A DNA stretch of 63,235 bases, filler included, from Stramenopiles sp. TOSAG23-3 (taxonomy: Eukaryota), in NCBI GenBank assembly GCA_900128585.1. It is 8 parts of 8 records of this genome, joined end to end, with 100 filler letters (N's around TTAATTAATTAA, not from the genome) between each part and the next. Parts side by side here need not be neighbours in the genome. Positions count along the whole stretch, not along the records: positions 20,039 to 29,943 come from LT642870.1; positions 30,044 to 39,939 come from LT642871.1; 6 more parts are not named here. One strand, written 5' to 3'. The position numbers were made by a program, and so were the translations under genes. The notes under the pieces were generated by a model, which ran no database searches, was not told the origin of the DNA, and saw only the letters and a program-made list of their open reading frames with translations. Shown piece by piece: positions 20,669-31,116 of the stretch (its first letter is position 1; each line of letters begins with the position of its first letter).

Positions 20669-21991
20669 ATGTCCACTCAGCACGTTCCGCAGAAACCGCC
20701 CGGTAAACCAAAGCCCGGTGTAGGGTTAGCAGGAGGAAATAAGGGTAATCGGGCGACGGTTAAAGCGGGGGGGGCAAAGAATACGAGTCATCACGCACAT
20801 ATAGCAAAAAAGCCATCATTGGACGACACGATCGACCACGTCTTTTCGATACTCAAGGACAGGAGTGAAGAGTCAGGTGGCACCCCAATACCCCCAAAGT
20901 TTTTCTATTTCTATGACTCTGACATGTTCAGACATTTCCTTGCCTGCGTGGTATATTATTTTTATGGGTTCACAAACGTAAGGAATTTAGAGGCCGACTA
21001 TGCATCGGAGGCGTCCGAAGGCCTAAAGAAACAGATCGCCTCAGCGCAGCGTGTCCTGAAACACCGCCTTCAAATGTTTGCCGAAGCATATTCTCGATTG
21101 TTGTTGCACTGCAGTAATTTTGAAAATACTATTGAGGATCAAAGCTTCTTTGAATTTCTGTTCGAGTTTACAATGACAACTTGCCGCATGGCTGTTGCGG
21201 AAGACCAGTGGGACACTATCAACGAGGCACTAGGCCATGTTTTTAGAGGGCACATGTTCAACACCGACGCATTGAGATCCCCGCGGGATGGGAGTTCAAA
21301 ATCCAAGCAAAAAACATTCTTGGAGAAATCGAAGAACCAAGAACAACAGAAGGACGGCCGGGAGGACGGCGAAAATAGCACTGCCGAAGAACACCAGTTG
21401 CAGTTGTACGAAAAACCAAAAACAACGACTGTAGAAAGAAGAGCTGGAAAAGGTCCACCGGACCAGGTAAAGGCTATTTTGAGGGAATACAGCCGGAAGA
21501 CGCACGACGAATTCCACAAAGTAGCAACGAGGCTGAAGAAAAACACTAGTAAAGCCCAATCTGTCATCGAGAACGCGCGGGCGCTTATCGCGAAGCACAA
21601 GCTCAGAGTGACACGTGTTCCGCGTGCAAAGCGTGTTCGTGAAAAACATAGAGAAATGTCAAAACTTGAAAATTTGTCAAAACAAAACGAAACGCGAATG
21701 GGCCTCGCGAGCGAGGTTGTTTCCAGCAGGGACAGGGACTTTTCTGTTCAACGGGCATTTCACGCACGGTCTCCCATGATATCGCTGCTCCTCCCCACAG
21801 CAATTGAGCGGTTGGAAATCAGTCAGGTCAAACGATCCCATGCACTGCGCCAACGAAAACGGCGAAAATTAGAGCGAATGAAAATCGACAAATCTGTTGA
21901 ACCAGAAAGCGGTAGCGACGCAACCGCAAAAAAGGCAGGCAAGGCCCAGCAACGAACGAAAAACCGATACAATGGGGTGTTGTCGAGCTGA
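20669..21991 (+). CDS. PPP1R36-like (PP1 regulatory family) protein
   Basis: AYSRLLL...EDQSFFEFLFEF...INEALGHVFRGHMFN and RSPMISLLLP resemble the PPP1R36 family pattern. Confidence 0.5.
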   Translation: MSTQHVPQKPPGKPKPGVGLAGGNKGNRATVKAGGAKNTSHHAHIAKKPSLDDTIDHVFSILKDRSEESGGTPIPPKFFYFYDSDMFRHFLACVVYYFYGFTNVRNLEADYASEASEGLKKQIASAQRVLKHRLQMFAEAYSRLLLHCSNFENTIEDQSFFEFLFEFTMTTCRMAVAEDQWDTINEALGHVFRGHMFNTDALRSPRDGSSKSKQKTFLEKSKNQEQQKDGREDGENSTAEEHQLQLYEKPKTTTVERRAGKGPPDQVKAILREYSRKTHDEFHKVATRLKKNTSKAQSVIENARALIAKHKLRVTRVPRAKRVREKHREMSKLENLSKQNETRMGLASEVVSSRDRDFSVQRAFHARSPMISLLLPTAIERLEISQVKRSHALRQRKRRKLERMKIDKSVEPESGSDATAKKAGKAQQRTKNRYNGVLSS

Positions 21992-22271
21992 CCAGGTTAC
22001 CCCAAACTCCCATCCTTGTGGAACGAGAACAGAAGATTGGGGGGGGATGAATTACAGGAGTAGAGTAGAGGATAATCAGTGTTGCAAATTCTTAAGATTC
22101 TTACGAATTATTACAGAGTCTTTATCTAAACTGCTTGGAAAGAAGAAAATTTTTTCAATTACGTAAAACAATTTTAAAATTAAAACATTCACGCAACAAA
22201 AAGAAAGCGAAAGCAAAGAAGGGTGCGTGCACTTTCGGTGGGGTTTAAAATCAACCGGACACACCGCGCGC

Positions 22272-23882
22272 TTACTCTTCTTTCTTTGTCGCTGGTGATG
22301 GAGCACCTTCGTTGCTGTCGTTTACGGGTTCTCCCGCATCGTTTACGATAGCAACATCAGGGTCCAAGGCCTGCTCAAGTTCTTGCTTTCGCGCATTTGC
22401 CGATTCAATACTAGAATTCAAAAGGCCAAGTTCCAATAGAATTTGGTCTTTATCGACAGCATCTTCCTCGTCTTCCTCGTCTTCGGGCACTTCCCAGTAG
22501 TGTTCGTCCTTGTACCAGTAGCCCCTGTTGTTCGATTCGCCAATCGTGCAGCAACCCGATTTTTTCGCTTCCGGGGGGAGAAAACATGGCATTTTGATGA
22601 TAAGCCCGGTAAGAATACCACCAACAATGGCAAAACACAATGTTATGCCGAGGGCGGCGAATTGAACTCCCGCCTGCTCGCCTGCAGTGAACGCTTTGCC
22701 GGCAGGGTCGCGATTGGGAAATACAGTCGCAATGGATTGGCCGTACAGGTTCTCGGAGGCTTGCCCAGCGCTGATTCCGCCCATCACGGCGCCTAAAATT
22801 CCTGGCATACCGTGCAAATTGTGCACACCGCATGTGTCATCTATCCCCCAGATACGGGCCAATTTTGGCTGCACGTAAACGTACCCAATGACACTGAGAA
22901 CCCCCGCAGCAATGCCAATTAAAATAGCACCATACGGTTCAATAACAAGGTCACTGGAGCTCCCGACGGCGACGCCTCCTGCGAGTGTAGCGTTTTGAAT
23001 CGAGACCATGTCGAACTTGTTGCCTTCTCGCAAGAGCGCATCCATAAAGAACGCAGTAATGCAGCACGAGCAAAGGGCAAGGACTGTGTTGATAATAACA
23101 CGATGTTGCTGGGATTCTTCTGCCAATGCACCGTTAAAGCTGGGCCAGTACATCCAAAGAAAGATGGTTCCCACCATTGCGAACGTGTCAGATGTGTAGT
23201 TACTGCCATTCAAAGGGTGGTCTTTCACGGACCCGTCTTTGTTCAGTTTCGATCGGCTGATAGTTCTGCTCAGTGCCAAACCAAAGTATGCACCGAAGGT
23301 ATGAACGAAAATGGATCCTCCCATGTCGACAGCGCCCAAAATAACCGCACCGATCAATTCATTGCAAGCGTATACAAGCAATTCAAATATAACCACGATC
23401 AACATTTGAAGGGGTGTTGTCTTTCCCAACACCGCTCCAAAGCTTACCAAAACGGCGCCGGCAGCGAAGTCGGAGGTAATTAAATTAGTAATTCCCAGGG
23501 AAATTTTTTGGCTTGCGTGGCCCTCGTAAATATTGTGGATGACACCATTTACAATCATGCTCCATTGGATCGCAAAGGCAGCAATAATGAAATTCAGACC
23601 AACGCTACTGAACGTGTATTTCTTCAGAAAGGTCATCAAGAAACCAAAGCCGATGAATATCATCACATGAACATCTTGGTAGAACGGGTAGTAATGGTCA
23701 ACTTCACTTTGCACGGAGTTTTGCAGAGTTCCGTTCACAATAATCCCAGTTGCGGCGTTTGCACTATCTCCATACTTCGTGGAAACCGCAAAGATAAGTG
23801 CCAGGGCGAATTGGAATGCGGCGGCGTACCCCACAAACTGTTTTCGGTGGGAAAGCATTTGCTCTTCATTTGCAGCTGCCAT
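22272..23882 (-). CDS. Rhesus (Rh)-type ammonium/CO2 channel
   Basis: YPFYQDVHVMIFIGFGFLMTFLKKY, DMGGSIFVHTFGAYFGL, LWMYWPSFN, QNATLAGGVAVG and DTCGVHNLHGMPG. Confidence 0.95.
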   Translation of the reverse strand: MAAANEEQMLSHRKQFVGYAAAFQFALALIFAVSTKYGDSANAATGIIVNGTLQNSVQSEVDHYYPFYQDVHVMIFIGFGFLMTFLKKYTFSSVGLNFIIAAFAIQWSMIVNGVIHNIYEGHASQKISLGITNLITSDFAAGAVLVSFGAVLGKTTPLQMLIVVIFELLVYACNELIGAVILGAVDMGGSIFVHTFGAYFGLALSRTISRSKLNKDGSVKDHPLNGSNYTSDTFAMVGTIFLWMYWPSFNGALAEESQQHRVIINTVLALCSCCITAFFMDALLREGNKFDMVSIQNATLAGGVAVGSSSDLVIEPYGAILIGIAAGVLSVIGYVYVQPKLARIWGIDDTCGVHNLHGMPGILGAVMGGISAGQASENLYGQSIATVFPNRDPAGKAFTAGEQAGVQFAALGITLCFAIVGGILTGLIIKMPCFLPPEAKKSGCCTIGESNNRGYWYKDEHYWEVPEDEEDEEDAVDKDQILLELGLLNSSIESANARKQELEQALDPDVAIVNDAGEPVNDSNEGAPSPATKKEE

Positions 23883-24778
23883 AGTGAAGTAGGTAAATTG
23901 AATGAGGACGTACTTGGATCGGTCAGATAAATATTATTAATCTATTGTGTTACAATATGTATTGTGTTCAAAATAACTTTGATTTATTCAATTAAGACTT
24001 CCCTACATTCTCATAATTGCAATTTCTTTACACCGTACCAAGACAACAGAACCAAACCGCCACACTCATATACAAGTCAAGTCCACCAGATACAAGGGTG
24101 TACAAGGTCACTTCTTCAAGTTTTTTTTTTGCCTTTCTCTTCCGCTTCTTCTTGTGTTTTTCGTGGCTGCTGTTTGCTGTTGTCGTTTGGTATCCAACAC
24201 ATTTGTTTTTCAAGTGGGAAAGATATTATAATATACACACAGCATTGAATACCATTGGAATTTTTTTATCCTCCTTGTGAGTCCGGTACCGTACCAGTGT
24301 GTGTATGACCCAATCGACAAAAATACGAAGCAATTTATACCGTACAGGTTGTCAACGTGTAGGGGGCAAAGAGCAAGTAGTGGAATTATCGTGATAAAAT
24401 CCTATAATCTAAAATGAAGTTAAATAGGCATATACGGTGCGGTAGATATTTATTAATAATATTACGGATTTTAAATAGGTACCAGGCACGATACTGGAAT
24501 TCGAGTTTGCGTTTGGCTAGTAGCAATAGTATGAGGAATAGTAAAAATGACGCTGACTTGATGATGATGATGATATTGATGGATTATTATTATTTGTTTT
24601 TTTTGTGGTGTTGTATTTTTTATTTTTAATAAAAATATTGGTAATCAGATCTACACCCAAAGTCTAGAAATGAATCATATATAAACAAACGAGAAAAAAA
24701 TCGTAAAGGTTCAATACGAGAGTGTGGGTACAAAAAGAGAAGACCAAACTCTATAAGCTGCGTGATAACAACAACCCC

Positions 24779-27607
24779 ATGGGCGTTTTATTCAAGTTTG
24801 TTCTTGTGTGTACCCTGGCCACCGTCGAGGCCGTAAAAGGTGGTGGACCGTTTGCTGGTCGGGAAAAGGTAAATTTTGATTTCGGGTGGAGGCATAAGCT
24901 TGGCATGGTGAACGCGGGCTTTGTCTGCCCAAAAATGATTCCAGGAAAGAATATAGGAGAGGGAGGGTACCTTACGAAAAATGTTGACAGCCCCAGCGCA
25001 TGCTGTGAACTCTGCTCCTTGGATCACGGTGGGTGCTGGGATTACAACTTAGACACTGGTGACTGTTGGGTGAAGACGGACTGCAAATCCGAAACTGCCA
25101 ACAGCCGACGTATCACTGGGAGTATCACTGCCTTGCCCGGACCAGCACAGGAAAGCTTTGACGATTTTGCATGGGAGCTTGTGGACGCACCGCACGATAT
25201 GTTAATCGTTCAAAAATTTGAACAAAACGCTAGTAAAAAACAAGGTTTTATTCCTCGATCCTCGGGGTGGTACCGAAAACATTTTTATTTGCCTAAAGAC
25301 TGGGATGGTTCGACTATATGGTGGAGGTGCGAAGGCTCGTTTCACAAAACATTCGTGTATTTCAATGGCGTCTTTATGAAAGTGCACAAGGCTGGGTATA
25401 CCTCCTTTTCCGTTCGCCTCGACAACCACTCAGCCGTCCGGTACGGCCAAGGGTCACCGAACGTCCTTGCCCTTTTTGTTGACGCTAGCTCTGGAACAGG
25501 GTGGTGGTACGAAGGTGGGGGTCTGATGAGGCACAACTATATCATGAAAGCAAACCAGGCACATATAACTGAAGACACGGCGTGGGTTTCAGCAGCACCA
25601 AAGCTCGATGGCAGCAAGGAATCAGTATTCACAGTGAAATCGCAAGTCTCATCGCCGGGGGAGACGGAAGGTCTGGAAGAGGGGGCTTTGACTCTGTCGG
25701 TTACGGTTACCGATCCAGACGGGCAGCGTGCTGGCTCGTCGTCTGCAGCGGTAATTCCTGGGAAGGAAATTGCAATGGACATAGTGGTAGGTAACACGCA
25801 ACTGTGGTCTGTTCAGACCCCGAAATTGTATATGGTTTCCTTCCACCTGCTGAGTGAAACTGGAGCAAGTCTTGACACTTTAAATATTTCAACGGGGTCG
25901 CGCAGGGTTCAGTTTTCGCCAAGCGTTGGGTTGCGCATTAACGACGAAAGGGTGAAACTTCGCGGTTTTTGCGATCATTCGTCCTTTGCCATTGTTGGAG
26001 GCGCCGTGCCAGACAGGATCAACCTTTTTAGGGCACAAACGCTCCGCAGCGTCGGCGGAAACTCGTGGCGAATGGCCCACAACCCTCCAATCCCTATCCG
26101 CCTGGACTTCATGGATGCGTTGGGAATGCTGGCAGTTGATGAAAACCGAGATTATGGTGGGCGCACGGGACAGGGCGGGAATACCGAAGAAAGCATCAAC
26201 GACGAGATCAACGATATGGCAGATCTTGTGAAACGGGATCGATCCCACCCTTCCGTTATTATTTGGAGCTTTTGCAACGAAGTCGGGTGCAACAACGGAT
26301 CTTCTGCAAAACCATTTCGGGAGGTGTCAAAGCGTTACGACCCCACTCGAGACGTTACTCAGAACCACCTGGGAAAAAATGTCTCCACGTTTTATTTGGA
26401 TGTCCAAGGGTTTTCTCACAAAAAATCCGTTGTTTTCCACGAATTTCACAAACAAAACCCCAACAAACCGATGCTGGCGACAGAGTGCTGCAGCTGCATG
26501 TCGCAGAGGGGAATAGACAAGGACGTCTGCCCAGAACCCGAAGATGGTGGCTGCGAGGGCCGTCCCGGCCCCATCTTTTACAACAACGAGATTGGGAAGT
26601 GCACAGCCGATCAGGTCATCATGTCAGATCTTCCCGATTTTATGGCAGGGACCTTTGTTTGGAGTGGGTTTGATTATCTGGGTGAGAGCAGGGGGTGGCC
26701 GCAAAACATAAAATGCCGCGGGACTATTTCAGATGCTACAGGATTTCGAAAGGAGTCCGCGTATTGGTTCCGCTCATGGTGGCTTTCAAACATCTCCCGT
26801 ACGGATGCGGGGCGCCCATGTCATGTAGATGATGGTAGAGCCGCATACACCATCTTTATTGTGGACTCGTGGGTCCCGCCCCCGCACGGAAACTTTCCTA
26901 GAAACATCACCGTGTATACGAACGCGCCTTCTGTTCGAATGCTGTTGAACGGAAAATTCGTGAGCAGAGCCTCTGTCCCATACTTTGGACTGGCATCGTT
27001 TGAAATTCCCTACGTACCAGGGAATCTTACGGCAATTGCCGAAGACCCGAACGGAAAAGAAGTTGCCCGCTTCAGCAAGCACACACCCGGTGAGTGCGTG
27101 AAGATCAGACTTTCCGTCAACATTCCGTCAGAGGCGACTGGGACAGGATCGAAAGTTGTCCTTGATGGCGAGGACGTCGCAATGTTGAAAGCAGAGCTGC
27201 TAGATGCAAATGATAATTTGGTCAACTCAGACACGAGAAATATCTCGTTTGCGGTTGTTTCTGGGCCGGGAAAATTGTGGGGCACGCATAATGGGAACCC
27301 TGCCAACTTGTCACCAAACCACTCTCCGTGGACCCTGGCTTATGGGGGGTTGGCAAGTGCAATTGTTCGAACCACGGTCGATGCCGCATCAGCGGCATCG
27401 CATCGAGAGAGGCTTTTGCAAACCACCCCGTTGAGCGAAAGAACCGTGAAGGTGGTCAACCCAAACCAGGCATACTCGGCTGAGAAAATAGTTGTTCGAG
27501 CTGTTGCTGACGGCATCGCATTGCCCGCCGAGGTGGGTATAATCACGTCTGTGGATGCTGAGAACAACCTCCCATTAGCCATTGCAAAGAAGATGACGAG
27601 ATTGTGA
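24779..27607 (+). CDS. Secreted glycoside hydrolase family 2 (beta-galactosidase-like) with an inserted PAN/apple-like Cys module
   Basis: Signal peptide from ATG 24779. Motifs: FDFGWR, GWYRKHF, GYTSF, GWWYEGGGL.R, WRMAHNPP, RDRSHPSVIIWSFCNE (acid/base) and GTFVWSGFDYLGE. A Cys module reads SACCELC...CWVK. Confidence 0.92.
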   Translation: MGVLFKFVLVCTLATVEAVKGGGPFAGREKVNFDFGWRHKLGMVNAGFVCPKMIPGKNIGEGGYLTKNVDSPSACCELCSLDHGGCWDYNLDTGDCWVKTDCKSETANSRRITGSITALPGPAQESFDDFAWELVDAPHDMLIVQKFEQNASKKQGFIPRSSGWYRKHFYLPKDWDGSTIWWRCEGSFHKTFVYFNGVFMKVHKAGYTSFSVRLDNHSAVRYGQGSPNVLALFVDASSGTGWWYEGGGLMRHNYIMKANQAHITEDTAWVSAAPKLDGSKESVFTVKSQVSSPGETEGLEEGALTLSVTVTDPDGQRAGSSSAAVIPGKEIAMDIVVGNTQLWSVQTPKLYMVSFHLLSETGASLDTLNISTGSRRVQFSPSVGLRINDERVKLRGFCDHSSFAIVGGAVPDRINLFRAQTLRSVGGNSWRMAHNPPIPIRLDFMDALGMLAVDENRDYGGRTGQGGNTEESINDEINDMADLVKRDRSHPSVIIWSFCNEVGCNNGSSAKPFREVSKRYDPTRDVTQNHLGKNVSTFYLDVQGFSHKKSVVFHEFHKQNPNKPMLATECCSCMSQRGIDKDVCPEPEDGGCEGRPGPIFYNNEIGKCTADQVIMSDLPDFMAGTFVWSGFDYLGESRGWPQNIKCRGTISDATGFRKESAYWFRSWWLSNISRTDAGRPCHVDDGRAAYTIFIVDSWVPPPHGNFPRNITVYTNAPSVRMLLNGKFVSRASVPYFGLASFEIPYVPGNLTAIAEDPNGKEVARFSKHTPGECVKIRLSVNIPSEATGTGSKVVLDGEDVAMLKAELLDANDNLVNSDTRNISFAVVSGPGKLWGTHNGNPANLSPNHSPWTLAYGGLASAIVRTTVDAASAASHRERLLQTTPLSERTVKVVNPNQAYSAEKIVVRAVADGIALPAEVGIITSVDAENNLPLAIAKKMTRL

Positions 27608-27640
27608 AATATTTCGATGTTTTAATTTTCTTGTTATTTA

Positions 27641-27749
27641 TATAAAAAAACAAATTATATAGTCTATAAAAAAACAAATTAATATATATAGTATGATATG
27701 TTTTAAGACTCTCATTTTAAATCAATTACTATTTCAGTTCCAACCCTAA
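27641..27749 (+). repeat. Dispersed repeat family A, longest copy
   Basis: AAAAAAACAAATTATATAGT...ATGTTTTAAGACTCTCATTTTAAATCAATTACTATTTCA..TCCAACCCTAA, matching the reverse complement of 32955-32999. Confidence 0.8.
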
Positions 27750-27927
27750 ATATTTTTTTTTTTATATTATCAATAGTAAAAAATGTCATTGAAGGCGTAC
27801 TAAACATCTAGAGGCTACTGGTCGCTCGCTCTCCGAACACTGCTCGCTTATTGATTTTTACAAGAGACACTTAAAAAAAAATGCTCTGATGCGCTGTTAT
27901 TTTTTTCAGTTCTTATTAACTCCTCAC

Positions 27928-29112
27928 TCACGGGTACAGAAAGAACAACCCAGGCCGTTTGCTACTTCCAAACAACGTTCCCCCGGGATTCTTGAACTGC
28001 GAGTTTACTTGCCGACACAAGGTTGTTTTTGCCGCACCATCTGCATAGAATCCAGGGTCTGGGAGCTTTGATTTTGCCCGCATGAGGTCATGCGCGTGGT
28101 ACTTCCTTTTAACGTCTCCAAATTTGACGCCAGAACATACCCGTTTGTTGTGGGATAAGACGGCCTCTTTGCCAGCTGTCCGGTACTTGGGCCCCGGGCC
28201 TTTTTTTACCACGATCCAGTCGCTTCGAGATCCCCCACTGTTACCAAACGATGCTGCCGATGCGGACCTTTTTATCGATTCTATTTGTTTCCCTAAAGCA
28301 ATTGTCGATTTGTACTGGGCGGGGCCAGGAACAAAACGTTTGCTTTTTTCAATTTGGTTGTACGGGTTCAATGTTCCGATCGAGAAACTCTTCTCGTACC
28401 TTGATTTCGGGAGGGGTGGGTAATAAAGGGCCGGCCCGGGCGAATCCCGTCCGACAAACGGTCTATTCAACGCTTCTCCCATCTTTTTATAATCGCTTTC
28501 TTTTTTGGCCCCGTCATAGGCAAGCACCTTTGCGGCAACGTCCCGAGATGTCTGCGAGATATGGACCCCGTTTTTCCGCAGGCTACTGAACGCAACGTCG
28601 TAGCTCCCTGGCCCTGGAACCGCACCGCTTCTTGAATCAGTTTTGAAGCGGCTTCTCCCGCCGCTGGTCGTATGCGGTCTACGTGGTGGTTTCCCGAACG
28701 AAATACCTTTTACTCTTCGTTTTGTCTGTTTGTTATCCACTTGGTAACTTCCAGGCGCGGGGTTTATCCTCTGTAGGACCCGTCTCTCTCTCTGGCCGGG
28801 GCACTGGTGATTTAACTTCTTGGACTTCCCACACTTAACTTTCCACGCTTCTGGTATTCCAATGGCACCTTTGCCTCTCTTTCTTCGAGCCTCTGAACGC
28901 ATATTGAGCATTTCTATCATAGAGTCAATGTCGTCCTCGTCTAATCCCTTTGAGACAAGGAACTCGACACGTTCAGAAATGGGGGTATTGCTGGCATTGG
29001 CGATGCGCCAATACAATATCGCCTGCTGCAGCGTTTCTTCCCTGTCTTCGCCAGGACTCTCGGGTGCATTGCTTGAAGCACCACTACTTTCCGGGACCAA
29101 GTCTTCTTCCAT
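27928..29112 (-). CDS. SHIPPO/ODF3-like PGP-repeat axonemal protein with an N-terminal Pex14N-like helical domain
   Basis: Repeats PAPGSY, PGPGSY, SPGPALY, PGPAQY, GPGPKY and PDPGFY. The N-terminus has NTPISERVEFLVSKGLDEDDID. Confidence 0.75.
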   Translation of the reverse strand: MEEDLVPESSGASSNAPESPGEDREETLQQAILYWRIANASNTPISERVEFLVSKGLDEDDIDSMIEMLNMRSEARRKRGKGAIGIPEAWKVKCGKSKKLNHQCPGQRERRVLQRINPAPGSYQVDNKQTKRRVKGISFGKPPRRPHTTSGGRSRFKTDSRSGAVPGPGSYDVAFSSLRKNGVHISQTSRDVAAKVLAYDGAKKESDYKKMGEALNRPFVGRDSPGPALYYPPLPKSRYEKSFSIGTLNPYNQIEKSKRFVPGPAQYKSTIALGKQIESIKRSASAASFGNSGGSRSDWIVVKKGPGPKYRTAGKEAVLSHNKRVCSGVKFGDVKRKYHAHDLMRAKSKLPDPGFYADGAAKTTLCRQVNSQFKNPGGTLFGSSKRPGLFFLYP

Positions 29113-29943
29113 ACTTGTTTTTAGTTACGAACTAGATTAAATTGTTTCCACCACGCCAATCAATGATTTTATATTGTCCTTTATTGTGCACCCAACTGCA
29201 ATGAGCCGAACCAACCGTTGTATGTATATCCGCGAATGTATTGACAATTTGTTTTTGGAACATGGGTATTATTTTTTTGTGTAGTAATAATAATAGTATA
29301 ATATATATATTTTTCAACAGGTCTATTATTATTGTAACAATTTTTTTATATATATAACGTACAGATCTCAAATCTGGGTTCATCATATTATTATGTCATT
29401 ATATCATTAGAGTTATTTAGTATAATAAAATAATAAAAAACATCAAAACGACTATGGGGTTTATATCCATTATGAATTACTCTTTCATCAGCTCTATTTG
29501 GACTATTGTTCCAATTGTGCCGGTACCAGTACTAATAATAGCTATGAGGAAATAAATAAATGTGGTCTTTCATTTGCTTTTGGTACGTACTTCATAGTCG
29601 TCTAATAATTTAAATAATACTATAATTAATATGTAATCTATAGTTATATAAATTACCTATTTATATTACTTTCAAATACGGTAGTTATATTACTCCTCGT
29701 CGTAGTTATTTATTAGTGTTTTCAAGTGGTTGGTCATAATCGATTGAGGAAGATTATAATAATATATTTTTTCTTTCTTCTTCTTCTTCTTCTTCTTTCT
29801 TCTTATTTTCTATCTTATTATTTTTTTATTTTTTTATTTATATTTTTTTATAGAGACGACTAATTAATTAATAAATATTAATAAAAAATAATAATGATGA
29901 TATAAATAATAACCTTTTTGTTTCTTTGTTTTTGTTTTCAAAG

Positions 29944-30043
29944 NNNNNNNNNNNNNNNNNNNNNNNNNNNNNNNNNNNNNNNNNNNNTTAATTAATTAAN
30001 NNNNNNNNNNNNNNNNNNNNNNNNNNNNNNNNNNNNNNNNNNN
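29944..30043. other. Artificial contig spacer
   Basis: N44-TTAATTAATTAA-N44. Confidence 0.98.
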
Positions 30044-30119
<76 letters not shown>

Positions 30120-30121
30120 TC
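30044..30121. repeat. (TCTT)n microsatellite at contig start
   Basis: Uninterrupted tetranucleotide array. Confidence 0.95.
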
Positions 30122-30480
30122 GGCTCCTCCGTCTGTCCTTACTTACACAAATTACATTTAAATAAAATGTAATTATTCAATAAATAACAATACTATAATT
30201 ACCTATATAAACAAACACACATTTCTTGTTTTTTGAAATAAAAAAAAGAAAGAAGAAGTATTTTAATATATAGAAATAGAATTCTATATAAACAAATAGG
30301 GACTATAATGTACATATAATAGGTCATACTGTATATTCTATAATTTAATTGTAATGGAATTTTTTTCTTCTTCTTTCAATATATTCTTTTTTTTGTTGTT
30401 GTTGCTGCACCCCCCCCCCTGGTCAACCAATGCTGCGTGCGTGTGGTTGGGCTTAATTCAGCTTTGTTGTCATATTTTTA

Positions 30481-30712
30481 GTCAAGGAGAAGGAAGAAAA
30501 AACAATTTTCGCGAGAGGTACCGAAAAGGGCTTCTCGCGAGGGGTCTCGCGGATTCGAACCCCTTTTCGACGCTTTTTGGCACTTTTCGCTTTTTGTCTT
30601 CTCCAGAGTGGGAGAAGCCCCATGGGAGACGCCAAAAAGCGGAAGGTGATATTAAAAATGAAATGTTTCAGGGTCCCAAAATCACTTTTGCTTGTCTTTC
30701 CTTCTCCTTGAC
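30481..30712 (+). other. Multi-helix non-coding element closed by 25-bp imperfect inverted repeats (candidate structured ncRNA or MITE-like element)
   Basis: GTCAAGGAGAAGGAA (30481) and TTCCTTCTCCTTGAC (ending 30712) form a perfect 15-bp inverted repeat. Internal hairpins lie at 30509-30540, 30541-30563 and 30581-30648. Confidence 0.6.
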
Positions 30713-31116
30713 ATAAACGAAGTCGAACAGAAGAAACAATTACTTATACAAAAATTCCCTGATGAGATAAAAAAAAGCAAGAAAAAAAAAAAAAAAAGAA
30801 GAAGAACAAAGAAAAAAAGAAGGAAGAATGGGAGACGTACAGTACTTAAATAACAGCCAATTTTCTTGTTTTAAATATTTTGCTTTATTTTTCCTCGGCA
30901 AAAAATAAATAGTGTCTAATAATGATGGTGGTGTATTATTATTTTAAATTAAACTAAAAATTATTTGCTCAAAGTTGGGCATCTAATGCTGTGCACGGCT
31001 TATTGACGGCTTGGGAAGGCTGATCTTATTATTTTGGCTCTGTCGTATATAATACTAATTCTTTAAATCAAACAATTTTTTGTTTGTTTATATATAATAT
31101 TAATAATGGCCAAAAA

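Noticed and set aside
27741-27750. CCCTAA/TTAGGG telomere-like hexamers (also 32955-32960 and near 7098)
   Set aside because: They are single units, mostly part of dispersed repeat A, with no tandem telomeric array.
30541-30600. Possible tRNA gene on the minus strand (GGTTCGAATCC)
   Set aside because: No cloverleaf, acceptor stem or convincing A-box could be built around it.
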